From the NCBI GenBank assembly GCA_007096525.1, contig SFAQ01000031.1, forward strand, positions 15,666 through 79,665: 64,000 nt of DNA, written 5' to 3'. This stretch comes from Microcystis wesenbergii Mw_QC_B_20070930_S4 (GTDB lineage: Bacteria; Cyanobacteriota; Cyanobacteriia; Cyanobacteriales; Microcystaceae). The notes beneath the pieces are model-generated. The model made no database searches. It saw only the letters and a program-made list of their open reading frames with translations, and was not told the origin of the DNA. Below are positions 1-9,543 of this stretch, in pieces. Numbering within the stretch: the first letter of the stretch is position 1; each line of letters starts with the position of its first letter. A program made the translations under genes and the position numbers.

Positions 1-513
1 CCTACTTTAATGAGTATGGCCAAACACTACCAAACCGGTGAAACTCTCCCCGAACATTACTACCAAAAACTGCTCCTAACTAAGAATTATATGAGTGGTT
101 CGGCCATGTTGCGTCAGCTACATTTGTCTTTAGTAGATTTGGAATTACACCATCGTTATCAACCCAATGGCGGCGAAACTCCTAAACAAGTCAGACAGCG
201 TTTAGCGGCGACGACGACGATAATTCCTCCCCTACCGGAAGATGCTTTCTTGTGTTCTTTTGGGCATATTTTCGCTGGCGGTTATGCGGCGGGTTACTAT
301 AGTTATAAATGGGCAGAAGTCCTCAGCGCCGATGCTTTTGCCGCTTTCGAGGAAGTGGGATTAGATAACGAAGAAGCAGTGAAAGCGATCGGTCGCCGTT
401 TTCGCGATACTGTCTTAGCTATGGGGGGAAGTTCCCATCCTATGAATGTTTTTAAAGCTTTCCGCGGTCGCGAACCTAGTACCGAACCTCTCCTCCGTCA
501 TAGCGGCTTATAA
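1..513 (+). CDS. prlC: Oligopeptidase A (M3 peptidase), C-terminal part; 5' end lies outside the window
   Basis: FGHIFAGGYAAGYYSYKWAEVLSADAF and FRGREP are typical M3A C-terminal motifs; the frame is open from base 1. Confidence 0.9.
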   Translation, partial: PTLMSMAKHYQTGETLPEHYYQKLLLTKNYMSGSAMLRQLHLSLVDLELHHRYQPNGGETPKQVRQRLAATTTIIPPLPEDAFLCSFGHIFAGGYAAGYYSYKWAEVLSADAFAAFEEVGLDNEEAVKAIGRRFRDTVLAMGGSSHPMNVFKAFRGREPSTEPLLRHSGL

Positions 514-538
514 AAGTAGCCAAAAACCTTTCTTTGTG

Positions 539-601
539 GTGCGTTACGGCAATATTTAGCTCTTGATTTTTTCCCTGAAAACAAGGAATTGCCTGACGCA
601 C
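539..601. repeat. REP-like imperfect inverted repeat
   Basis: GTGCGTTACGGCAAT (539-553) vs ATTGCCTGACGCAC (588-601). Confidence 0.6.
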
Positions 602-791
602 TCTAATTAACTGCAACGTTTGTGCTACCAAGGTCTGCCCATTCCTTCACCTGTCTGTGCTTCTCGTCGTAAACGGGAAGCCTTAGCTTGTCAAACAGTT
701 TTTTCGGGTTGAGGCTCAACTGACACTTGACTTTTCTGCACCACTAAGGTTATTGTAGGGGGCGTGCAAAATATATTTTTCATAATTTACC

Positions 792-2495
792 ATGGCTTTA
801 TTGGTACAAAAATACTTTTGGTTACTCCTGTTTACAATACCTTTAATTCCAATTATACTATATTTTAATAGGGATCAACTGAAATCAAAAAGGAAAATAA
901 TTAACTTTTTGATCTCAGTTTCATTCTGTATTTTCATGATTTTTTATATTTATGCTATTTTTTATAAAGCAGACTTTGCCTACTACGATGAGGATGCGTT
1001 TCTCCTTTTCAAGATGTTGAGCGGTGCAGATTTTCCAACAAATATAACTCCTAGGACGGGTGGAAGATTCTACCCCCTAGCGGGTGCTGAATTTAATATC
1101 ATTAATGATTTTGTTAATACCCCCAAGGGATATCATGCCTATCCAGTGCTACAGCTAATAATTTTTATACTAGGTTTATTTTGGTTTCTGAGGGACTTTC
1201 AGATATGGTTTCGCCTAAGTACAATAATGTTGATAGTAACTAATCCTAGTTTCGTCATTTCATTTTTTGGGTTAGTATATCCCGAGAGAAATTTGATATT
1301 CTGGATATTTATTTTCCTACTGTCCTTTCAATCCTTTACTCAAAAAAAATCGCCTTGGTTTTTTGCGGGGACATTAATTTCTGCCCAGATTATTCTTTAT
1401 ACTAAAGAACCCATATTTTTAATGATTGGAACTTTTGCCACGTCCCGATTAATAATAGAATTTTATCGGCAGCAGGTTTCTTATAATTTTACCCAAATAT
1501 TAAAATTTTTGCGTAATCATTTCCCAGAGATTAGTTTATTATTCCTTGCTGGTATTTTTGCCTTGATATATTTTACAATTTATCCAATTTTTTCAGCAAA
1601 TTCTACTGAATCTAGTTATGCTTCCACGAGAGCTATTGGGTACTTAGAAGTTTTGTCTAACTATTTTTATACTGATCTATTATTAATAGTTTTTCTCCTA
1701 GCTATCGTCATCAGAGCAGCATATTTGATTAAGTACAAGAAGTATCCTGATTCTTTCTATGATCCCTTGGCCTTGGCAGCGGTCGTCTATTTCTTGGTTT
1801 TTTTAAAGTTGCAAATATTTTCTAGATACTATATGGCACCGGTTAACCTGATCGCCATTCTTTACCTAAGCCGCTTTGTTTATTCATGGATACAAGGTAA
1901 ACGATTCTCTCGTGTCCTCGCCTTATTCTTGATATTCATTTTTATTTTCTTAAGAAATGCCTCCTATTCCTTTTTCCATGTTGTTGAAAGAAAAAATTTA
2001 ATAACTGCCAAAGTGAGGCTTTATCAATTTCTCAAAGATTATCAGAAAGAGACTCAGTCCCAAAAAATTTATTTATTTTTTCCCTACGCTCATCGCTTTT
2101 TTAAAGTAAATCCTCTTTGGACTGTTGGGGAGTTGACAACTTTTCTAGAATACAAGGGACTAAATATTAGAGGCAATTTAGGGATGGAAAATGAGGGAGT
2201 TGAGTTTATTGTAAAACTTCCTACGCATTCAGTTAATAATCAACCTATGGCCTATGGAGAACCACGATTTTATTATGGCGAACGTCCAGAATCCGGAGAT
2301 ATAGTTATTGTTTTACCTGATGATGATGTTTCTAGACAAGAAATTAATCAAATGAAACAAGAAGCAGAGTTGCTGTGGCACTATGAACATCAGCTGTTTC
2401 CTTTAGCCAAGAATTTGATATCAATATTTATGATGGATAAAGTTGTATTTATGCCTTATAAAGCCTCGGGAATATATGTATTTCGTTGGCCGTAA
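792..2495 (+). CDS. AT-rich polytopic membrane protein, possible GT-C-fold glycosyltransferase
   Basis: 567 aa with many hydrophobic segments, early YYDED acidic motif, GRFYPL, KEP motif and a soluble C-terminal domain. Confidence 0.55.
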   Translation: MALLVQKYFWLLLFTIPLIPIILYFNRDQLKSKRKIINFLISVSFCIFMIFYIYAIFYKADFAYYDEDAFLLFKMLSGADFPTNITPRTGGRFYPLAGAEFNIINDFVNTPKGYHAYPVLQLIIFILGLFWFLRDFQIWFRLSTIMLIVTNPSFVISFFGLVYPERNLIFWIFIFLLSFQSFTQKKSPWFFAGTLISAQIILYTKEPIFLMIGTFATSRLIIEFYRQQVSYNFTQILKFLRNHFPEISLLFLAGIFALIYFTIYPIFSANSTESSYASTRAIGYLEVLSNYFYTDLLLIVFLLAIVIRAAYLIKYKKYPDSFYDPLALAAVVYFLVFLKLQIFSRYYMAPVNLIAILYLSRFVYSWIQGKRFSRVLALFLIFIFIFLRNASYSFFHVVERKNLITAKVRLYQFLKDYQKETQSQKIYLFFPYAHRFFKVNPLWTVGELTTFLEYKGLNIRGNLGMENEGVEFIVKLPTHSVNNQPMAYGEPRFYYGERPESGDIVIVLPDDDVSRQEINQMKQEAELLWHYEHQLFPLAKNLISIFMMDKVVFMPYKASGIYVFRWP

Positions 2496-2542
2496 TCTTT
2501 AATTAAGTTATAAAAGTGGTCACTCTTTTTCTTGTTCTTCTT

Positions 2543-2566
2543 GAGGATAGGATAACTCCTATCCTC
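2543..2566. terminator. Perfect hairpin, possible terminator
   Basis: GAGGATAGGA-TAAC-TCCTATCCTC, 10-bp stem downstream of the 792-2495 gene. Confidence 0.45.
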
Positions 2567-2583
2567 CATTCCCAACATACAAG

Positions 2584-2609
2584 GGTGCGTTAACGTAGCC
2601 TAACGCACC
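2584..2609. repeat. REP-like hairpin, same family as 539-601
   Basis: GGTGCGTTA-ACGTAGCC-TAACGCACC. Confidence 0.65.
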
Positions 2610-2682
2610 TTTTCAACCTCAATGCTCAAGCTTGTTGTCGGGAGGGAGTGCAGCATCTAACTCATCGCTATATTGTGATAAC

Positions 2683-2779
2683 ATATAGTCATTTCAATTA
2701 AGATTGAGAATATCAATGCTAGAGTTCATAAGGGTTTCATCGGTCTAGAGTGTATCAGACTTATCTGAAATGACTATAT
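2683..2779. mobile_element. 97-bp MITE
   Basis: Perfect 14-bp TIRs ATATAGTCATTTCA / TGAAATGACTATAT; no ORF. Confidence 0.8.
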
Positions 2780-2814
2780 CAGGAAAAAAAGTTAACTAAC
2801 AGGAGTAAACTTTA

Positions 2815-3039
2815 ATGAGTATCGCATTTTTTCAAGATCTGATCGAATCGGTAGAGAGTCTATCCATTGAAGACCAAGATTATTTGTTTGAGCTAATTCG
2901 TAAAAGACGCATTGAGAAACGCCTGGAGGAGATGGCTAAAAATGGCGAAGAAACCTTAAAATCTTTAGCAATGGGAACAGCAAAAAAAGGCAGCGCTGAA
3001 GAGATAATGGCTTATTTGTTAGAGGATGAAGAAGAATAA
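2815..3039 (+). CDS. Type II TA antitoxin (small acidic protein)
   Basis: 74 aa, RBS AGGAG, overlaps the downstream RelE/YafQ-like toxin. Confidence 0.7.
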   Translation: MSIAFFQDLIESVESLSIEDQDYLFELIRKRRIEKRLEEMAKNGEETLKSLAMGTAKKGSAEEIMAYLLEDEEE

Positions 3040-3271
3040 AAGCAAAAATCCTCAACTACAAAGCAAGGTATCAGAGGTTCTACATTTGTTAGAAGATAAT
3101 CCCTTCACCCCTTCTTTAAAATCTCATAAGCTGACAGGTAGATTAGAAGGTTATTGGTCATGTTCTGTTAGTTACGATTGCCGTATTATTTTTACTTTTC
3201 GTCAAGATACTGATTCAGGAGAAACTTTAATTGTTATAGTTGATATTGGAAAACACGATCAAGTTTACTAA
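3026..3271 (+). CDS. RelE/YafQ-family toxin, possibly N-terminally truncated
   Basis: PSLKSHKLTGRLEGYWSCSVSYDCRIIF and DIGKHDQVY motifs. Confidence 0.8.
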   Translation: MKKNKSKNPQLQSKVSEVLHLLEDNPFTPSLKSHKLTGRLEGYWSCSVSYDCRIIFTFRQDTDSGETLIVIVDIGKHDQVY

Positions 3272-3660
3272 TTTATCTCTTTAATTTGTTCTTGCTTATC
3301 AATTGTACAACCACAGTGGGATATCGCCTACTTTTCTAGCGTGCGTTCCTGGAAATTTTTGGGTCTGAAACCCCTTAACTACCATATATTTTTATTAAGA
3401 ATTATCTGTCCCTTGTAACATTAACTCTTAATTCTTAACAAATGACCATAGATTCTCAACAGAAAAACCGATTATAATAAAGGTAACTGAACAGAACTGC
3501 TCGATCGATAGATAACTGATTAATTAAAGTTTTATTACTTTTGATGGCCTAGGATTAAGAGAAGTAAATTTATTCTCGATCGCTCCCTGAAAGTGAGAAG
3601 AAATAGTTTTAATAAACAAAGAGTTTTCAACTTGGCAAAAATCCTCTGGGAGAAATACAC

Positions 3661-5967
3661 ATGGAAGTTCTAACCGAGACAATTAACCCAACTTCGATCG
3701 AACGGGAACCGATCCATCTCTATAACCGAATTCAACCGCACGGAGTGCTTTTAGTTCTCAGCGAACCAGAGCTAAAAGTCAGCCAAACTAGCAGTAATAG
3801 CCGCAGTTTATTGGGTATTTCTCCAGGAGAAATTATCGGTAAAACCCTAGAGGAAATCTTCGATCCCTTTCAGATCGATCCTCTAAAATCAGCCATAGAA
3901 AATAACGATTTTGATGCTATCAATCCCTCCAAAATTTGGGCGCGGGTTAAAGGGGATGATTTTGCTGTCTTTGATGCTATTTTCCACCGTAACGCCGAAC
4001 AAATGCTGATTTTAGAGTTAGAACCAGCTATTTCCTATGAAAACATTCCTTTCCTGAGATTCTATCACCTAGCTAAAACTTCGATCGATAAACTTGAAGC
4101 CACCCGTAGCCTAAAAGATTTCTGTAATATCATCGTTAAAGAAGTGCGAAAAATGACAGAATTCGATCGAGTTATGTTATACAAATTCGACGAAGAAGAT
4201 AACGGTGATGTGATAGCAGAAGACAAAATAGAGCAACTAGAACCCTATCTCGGTTTACGTTATCCCGCTGCCGATATCCCTCTCCCAGCACGAAATTTAT
4301 TAACTGCTAATTGGATTCGACAGATTCCCGATGCCACCTCTGAACCCGTCGATCTAGTGCCTAGTCTTCATCCCGAAACTCAACAACCTTTAAATTTAAC
4401 CCTGTCCAGTCTTAGAAGTGCTTCTCCCTGTCATTTAGAATACCTGCATAACATGGGAGTGGGAGCATCTCTAACTATTTCTCTGATTGAAAATAAACGT
4501 CTTTGGGGTATTATTGCCTGTCATCACCGCACCCCTAAATATGTACCCTACGAACTCCGTAAAGCTTGTGAGTTCTTAGGAAGAGTAATTTTCTCGGAAA
4601 TATCAGCACGGGAAGAAACCGAAGATTATGACTATCGAGTGAAATTAAACTTTGTGCAATCGCAATTAATCGATTATATGGCGGAAGCTAATAACTTTAT
4701 CGATGGATTAATTGCCCATAAACCTAATCTGCTCGATCTAACTAAAGCCACAGGAGCCGCTATTTGTTTAGGCGGCAATTATACCTTAATTGGAGTAACA
4801 CCGAGCGAAGAAGAACTAAATTATCTGATTACTTGGCTAGAAAAAAACGTCCATGAAGATGTTTACTATACTAATTCCTTACCGCAAATTTATGCCGATG
4901 GGGGTAAGTTTAAAGACATTGCCAGTGGCCTACTAGCAATTCCCATTTCTAAACGTAATTATCTCCTCTGGTTTCGTCCGGAAGTAATTCAAACCGTCAA
5001 CTGGGGTGGTGATCCGGGTAAAGCGATCAAAACGACTGCCATAGATGGTAATATTCGTCTCTGTCCGCGTAAATCCTTCTCCCTCTGGAAAGAAACCGTT
5101 CGTCTCAAATCTTTACCCTGGAAAGCAGTAGAAATTAACGCCGCACTAGAATTACGAAAAGCGATCGTCAATATCATCTTAAAACAAGCCGATGAATTGG
5201 CACGTTTAGCGCGGGATTTGGAACTATCAAACGCCGAATTAAAAAAATTCGCCTACGTCGCTTCCCACGATTTACAGGAACCCCTCAATCAAGTCGCCAA
5301 CTATGTGCAGTTGCTAGAAATGCGCTACACCGAAGAACTGGACGAAGATGCTAAAGAATTTATTACTTTTGCCGTCGAAGGTGTCAGCTTGATGCAAACA
5401 TTAATAGATGATGTGCTGGCTTACTCAAAAGTGGATATGCAGGCGGTAGAGTTTAATACCATCGATGCTAATCTGGCACTGGAAAAAGCTCTCGCTAACC
5501 TGAAAGGGAGAATTCAAGAAAGTCAAGCTATAATCACCGTTGATCCTTTGCCAATTGTCATGGCAGATAAAACCCAGTTAATGCAATTGTTCCAAAATCT
5601 TATCGGTAATGCCATTAAATTCCGGGGAAAAGCAACTCCCACTATTCATATTGCTGCCCAACGTCAAGAGCAGGAATGGCTGTTCTCTGTCACCGATAAT
5701 GGAATTGGTATCGATCCCCGATTTTCCGAACGCATTTTCGTGATTTTCCAACGACTGCACACCCGCGACGAGTACCCCGGCACAGGTATGGGTTTAGCGA
5801 TTTGTAAGAAAATTATCGAGTGTCATCGCGGACGAATTTGGGTAGAATCCCAATTAGGTAAAGGAGCGGTTTTCTATTTTACAATTCCCCTAGGAGGTGA
5901 CGAGCGTGAGCGCTGGCGAGGACGTGCCACACAAAATTATCTTATTAGTGGAGGACAGCAAAGCTGA
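3661..5967 (+). CDS. cph1: Cyanobacterial phytochrome, PAS-GAF-PHY histidine kinase (Cph1/CphA type)
   Basis: EPIH..IQPHG, YPAADIP, SPCHLEYLHNMGV (GAF Cys), PRKSF, SHDLQEPL and DNGIG kinase boxes. Confidence 0.93.
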   Translation: MEVLTETINPTSIEREPIHLYNRIQPHGVLLVLSEPELKVSQTSSNSRSLLGISPGEIIGKTLEEIFDPFQIDPLKSAIENNDFDAINPSKIWARVKGDDFAVFDAIFHRNAEQMLILELEPAISYENIPFLRFYHLAKTSIDKLEATRSLKDFCNIIVKEVRKMTEFDRVMLYKFDEEDNGDVIAEDKIEQLEPYLGLRYPAADIPLPARNLLTANWIRQIPDATSEPVDLVPSLHPETQQPLNLTLSSLRSASPCHLEYLHNMGVGASLTISLIENKRLWGIIACHHRTPKYVPYELRKACEFLGRVIFSEISAREETEDYDYRVKLNFVQSQLIDYMAEANNFIDGLIAHKPNLLDLTKATGAAICLGGNYTLIGVTPSEEELNYLITWLEKNVHEDVYYTNSLPQIYADGGKFKDIASGLLAIPISKRNYLLWFRPEVIQTVNWGGDPGKAIKTTAIDGNIRLCPRKSFSLWKETVRLKSLPWKAVEINAALELRKAIVNIILKQADELARLARDLELSNAELKKFAYVASHDLQEPLNQVANYVQLLEMRYTEELDEDAKEFITFAVEGVSLMQTLIDDVLAYSKVDMQAVEFNTIDANLALEKALANLKGRIQESQAIITVDPLPIVMADKTQLMQLFQNLIGNAIKFRGKATPTIHIAAQRQEQEWLFSVTDNGIGIDPRFSERIFVIFQRLHTRDEYPGTGMGLAICKKIIECHRGRIWVESQLGKGAVFYFTIPLGGDERERWRGRATQNYLISGGQQS

Positions 5968-6352
5968 TATTCGCCTCATCCAAGAGGCATTAAAAACTAG
6001 CACCGTCCCGCACGAATTAGTTATCGTTAGGGATGGTGTCAGCGCTATGGATTATCTGCGTCGAGAAGGGGAGTATCTCGATTCTCCCCGTCCTAATCTT
6101 ATTCTTCTCGATCTGAATTTACCAAGAAAAGACGGACGGGAGGTATTAGCGGAAATAAAAAACGATCCCAGTTTAAAAAGAATTCCCGTGGTGGTTTTAA
6201 CCACTTCTCGCAACGAGGAGGATATTTTTTATAGCTATGAACTGCACGTTAATTGTTATATAACCAAGTCACGCAATCTCAACGATTTGTTCAAAATTGT
6301 CAAAAATATCGAGGCTTTTTGGTTAGAAACCGCTACTTTACCCAGTGAGTGA
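5897..6352 (+). CDS. rcp1: Phytochrome-associated response regulator; exact start uncertain
   Basis: ILLVEDS, LILLDLNLPRKDG and NCYITK; coupled to cph1. Confidence 0.9.
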   Translation: MTSVSAGEDVPHKIILLVEDSKADIRLIQEALKTSTVPHELVIVRDGVSAMDYLRREGEYLDSPRPNLILLDLNLPRKDGREVLAEIKNDPSLKRIPVVVLTTSRNEEDIFYSYELHVNCYITKSRNLNDLFKIVKNIEAFWLETATLPSE

Positions 6353-6421
6353 ATCATTATCAGTTATCAGGAGGCAGTCCCGATGAAAAAATTTTCACCC
6401 CCACAGATGAAAGAGGTTTCT

Positions 6422-6575
6422 TTCCCTACACCCTACACCCTACACCCTACACCCCACACCCCACACCCTACACCCTACACCCTCTTTCAAGTCAGGAGTC
6501 AGGAGACGGTCGGCAGGAGGCAGCTTTATTCTCCCCACACCCCACACCCTACACCCCACACCCTACACCCCACTT
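6422..6575. repeat. Heptamer tandem repeats CCCCACA/CCCTACA with a TCAGGAG block
   Basis: Two runs of degenerate 7-mers between rcp1 and the next kinase. Confidence 0.85.
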
Positions 6576-6612
6576 CCTAACTTCCCAAATCTCTTTAACT
6601 CTTGATTAAAAA

Positions 6613-7788
6613 ATGGGACTCTCGCAGGATATAAAAGTTCTTTTAATCGAGGATAATTTAGCCGAAGCTCGATTATTAAAGGAAATTCTTAAGGCTAATG
6701 AAAAAAAAGAATTTCATCTGGTTAATGTGTCAAGATTATCCGATGCAATTTCTCTTTTAAAACAAACAAATTTTGATGTAATTTTATTAGATCTAACTTT
6801 ACCAGATAGTCAGGGTTTAGAATCCTTAGCTCCCCTTTTAATTACGGCTCCGAAATTACCGATCGTGGTTTTAACTAATATTAATGATGATAATTTGGCT
6901 TTGGCAGCACTGCGTCAGGGAGCGCAGGATTATTTAATTAAAAGAGAAGTAAGTTTAGAAATTTTAACTCGATCGCTATGTTATGCGATCGAGCGAAAAC
7001 AGATGGAGGAAGCTTTACGAGAATCGAACGAAGCTTTAAAAATGAGCGTGATTGAACGCACTAATCAACTGGAAAAAGCTCAGGAATTAAATCAGTTAAA
7101 AACTGAATTTGTTTCCATGTTATCCCACGATTTTCGCAATCCTTTAAATAAAATTTTACTCTCGGCTGGATTATTAGAAGAAAGTCGCGATCGGTTGACA
7201 AAAGATCAGCAAGTTAGCTATTTTCGCATGATTCGATCGGCTATTAAAGACATGGATCAATTGCTCACAGAAGTGTTATTAATTGGCCGGGCCGATTCTG
7301 GGAGATTATACTGTCAATTTGATCCGGTGGATTTGCTCGATTATTGTCAGAAATTGGTAGAATCTTTTATTGTTAAGCCAGAACACCAATCAGCAATTAT
7401 TTTCCAAATTGAGGGCAGCTTAGAAAGAGGACTTTGGGATATAAATTTAATTAAACATATCTTGACAAATTTACTGGGAAATGCTATAAAATATTCACCC
7501 CAAGGAAACCCCGTAGAATTTAAGATTATTGTCGAATCCGAGCAGGTAGTCTTTAAAATTATCGATCGAGGCATTGGTATTCCCAGCAAAGATCAAGAAC
7601 ATTTATTTAAACCTTTTTATCGCGGTAGCAATGTCGATAATATTCAAGGAACGGGATTAGGATTAGCCATTGTCGGACGCTGTGTGGAAGCGCACAAAGG
7701 ACAAATTTACCTAGAAAGTGAGGAAGGAAAAGGCACAAAGATCACGGTGATTCTACCGATTATTACCGAGATTGAACACCTAAATTGA
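6613..7788 (+). CDS. Hybrid receiver-histidine kinase
   Basis: N-terminal REC domain (LLIED, LLDLTLPD); SHDFRNPL, NAIKYS, DRGIG, GLGL. Confidence 0.92.
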   Translation: MGLSQDIKVLLIEDNLAEARLLKEILKANEKKEFHLVNVSRLSDAISLLKQTNFDVILLDLTLPDSQGLESLAPLLITAPKLPIVVLTNINDDNLALAALRQGAQDYLIKREVSLEILTRSLCYAIERKQMEEALRESNEALKMSVIERTNQLEKAQELNQLKTEFVSMLSHDFRNPLNKILLSAGLLEESRDRLTKDQQVSYFRMIRSAIKDMDQLLTEVLLIGRADSGRLYCQFDPVDLLDYCQKLVESFIVKPEHQSAIIFQIEGSLERGLWDINLIKHILTNLLGNAIKYSPQGNPVEFKIIVESEQVVFKIIDRGIGIPSKDQEHLFKPFYRGSNVDNIQGTGLGLAIVGRCVEAHKGQIYLESEEGKGTKITVILPIITEIEHLN

Positions 7789-8010
7789 GATCAACAATAG
7801 GGTGGAACCACAATTTTTTTCCTGCTGCCCCCTCTCCCCACTTCCCTACTCCCTTCTCTCCTCTCCCCTCTCCCCACTTCCCCACTCCCTTCTCCCTTCT
7901 CCCCTTCCATAGGATTGATACTAAATCCAGTTATTAAAAACTGATTATCTATTCCACCTTTTGCCTCTTGCCTCTTGCATGAGTGCCTATCCTGATATGT
8001 CACCTATACT

Positions 8011-8182
8011 TAGGGTTTGCTGAATAAATCTAAAAACCTTGTTGGGTAAGAATTTTAGATTTTTTTCCCCTCAAAAAGTGCTAACCATTGGAGTGATCGG
8101 GGGTAAAATCCCTGGACTTTTTCCCTGAAAATCCCTACACCCCACACCCTACCCCCACGAAAAACTTTTTCAGCAGACCCTA
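8011..8182. mobile_element. MITE with TAGGGTYTGCTGAA termini
   Basis: TAGGGTTTGCTGAA ... TTCAGCAGACCCTA; related inverted copy at 9272-9488. Confidence 0.8.
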
Positions 8183-8447
8183 CTTAACGGATTTAGTATG
8201 AGGATCACCCTGAGCGTTCATCCGATCGAGTGATTTTGCGAAAAAGTGTTAAAAAAGATTGCTGTTTGTAAAGACAACTGTTACCGTAGGTTCAAGAGTG
8301 CGCTTTGAAGGAGGAAAAACCCCATGCAGCCTCACCTATCCATCTATACCTCGATTGCTTCGCTACTTATGTAGGGCATGGATGCACAAATCAAAGATTT
8401 CAGAAGCAAAACCAATAAATTCCCGTACTGTTGCTTAAAACAGGAGT

Positions 8448-9263
8448 TTGATCATGAAATTACAGGGAAAAACAGCCCTAGTCACGGGGGCATCCCGGGG
8501 CATTGGACGAGCGATCGCCTTAGAATTAGCCCGACAAGGTTTAAGCAGAATTGTGATTGTTGCCAGAGATCAAGAGCGATTAGAAAAACTAGCGAAAGAA
8601 ATTGAGTCCCTAGGGGTCATTGCCACACCCTTAGCCCTGGATTTAACCGAAAATGACCTTGTTAGTCCTGCAATTATCCGCGTTTGGCAAGAATGCCGTG
8701 GCATCGATATCCTCGTTAACTGTGCCGGTATTGCCCATCAAACCCCCTTTCTGCGATCGCAATTTTCGCAAGTGCAAGCAGAAATATCTTTAAATCTGAT
8801 GGCCATGTACACAGTTACTCGCTTAATTGCCCGCCGGATGGCAATTAGGGGACAGGGAACCATCGTCAATGTTTCCAGCATGATGGGTAAAATTGCCGCT
8901 CCTAGCTTCGCTACCTACTCGGCCACCAAATTTGCCATTTTGGGTTTTAGTCAAGCTCTCAGGTCGGAATTACGGGAACACAACATCAAAGTTGTCACCC
9001 TCTTACCCTCTTTAACCGATACGGATATGGTGCGAGAATTGCAGTTATTTCGATGGTTAAAACCGATGAGCGCCGAAGAAGTCGCCAAAACTCTCATTAC
9101 CGGGTTAAATAGGGAAAAAACGGAAATTGTCGTCGGTTGGCAAAGTCATCTAGCTCTTTGGTGCCAAAAATTTGCCCCGAAACTGCTCGAGAAAATTGTC
9201 GATTTAGCCTCTCCCTTGCGTCAGAGCAAAGGAAAGCGAGGATGGCGAGAAGTGTTTAACTAG
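8448..9263 (+). CDS. Short-chain dehydrogenase/reductase
   Basis: TGASRGIG, NCAG, YSATK. Confidence 0.93.
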   Translation: MIMKLQGKTALVTGASRGIGRAIALELARQGLSRIVIVARDQERLEKLAKEIESLGVIATPLALDLTENDLVSPAIIRVWQECRGIDILVNCAGIAHQTPFLRSQFSQVQAEISLNLMAMYTVTRLIARRMAIRGQGTIVNVSSMMGKIAAPSFATYSATKFAILGFSQALRSELREHNIKVVTLLPSLTDTDMVRELQLFRWLKPMSAEEVAKTLITGLNREKTEIVVGWQSHLALWCQKFAPKLLEKIVDLASPLRQSKGKRGWREVFN

Positions 9264-9271
9264 GGTTTAAT

Positions 9272-9488
9272 TAGGGTCTGCTGAAAAAGTTTTTCCTAGT
9301 GGCAGGGTGTGGGGTGTGGGGTGTGGGGTGTGGGGTTTTACTCATTTTCAGGTGGTCAATTACCTAATTTTCAGGAAAAAAGTACCTTAATTTTCCCCCC
9401 AATCACTCCAAAGGTCGGCACTTTTTGAGGTCAAAAAAGTCTAAAAACCTTATCCAACAAGGTTTTTAGATTTATTCAGCAAACCCTA
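9272..9488. mobile_element. MITE, same family as 8011-8182, opposite orientation
   Basis: TAGGGTCTGCTGAA ... TTCAGCAAACCCTA; shares interior segments with the first copy. Confidence 0.8.
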
Positions 9489-9543
9489 ATTAAATCCATC
9501 AGGGTGAGTCACGCTCACCCTAATCACCTTAACCAACAGGCAA

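Noticed and set aside
2653-2682. ATCTAAC as an attC R'' box upstream of the first TA pair
   Set aside because: No matching L'/R' arms even after removing the MITE
3358-3376. GGGTCTGAAACCCC as an IS200/IS605 end
   Set aside because: Too short, with no accompanying element
6349-6609. ORFs 6349-6609, 6383-6580 and 7791-8003
   Set aside because: Translations of heptamer repeats
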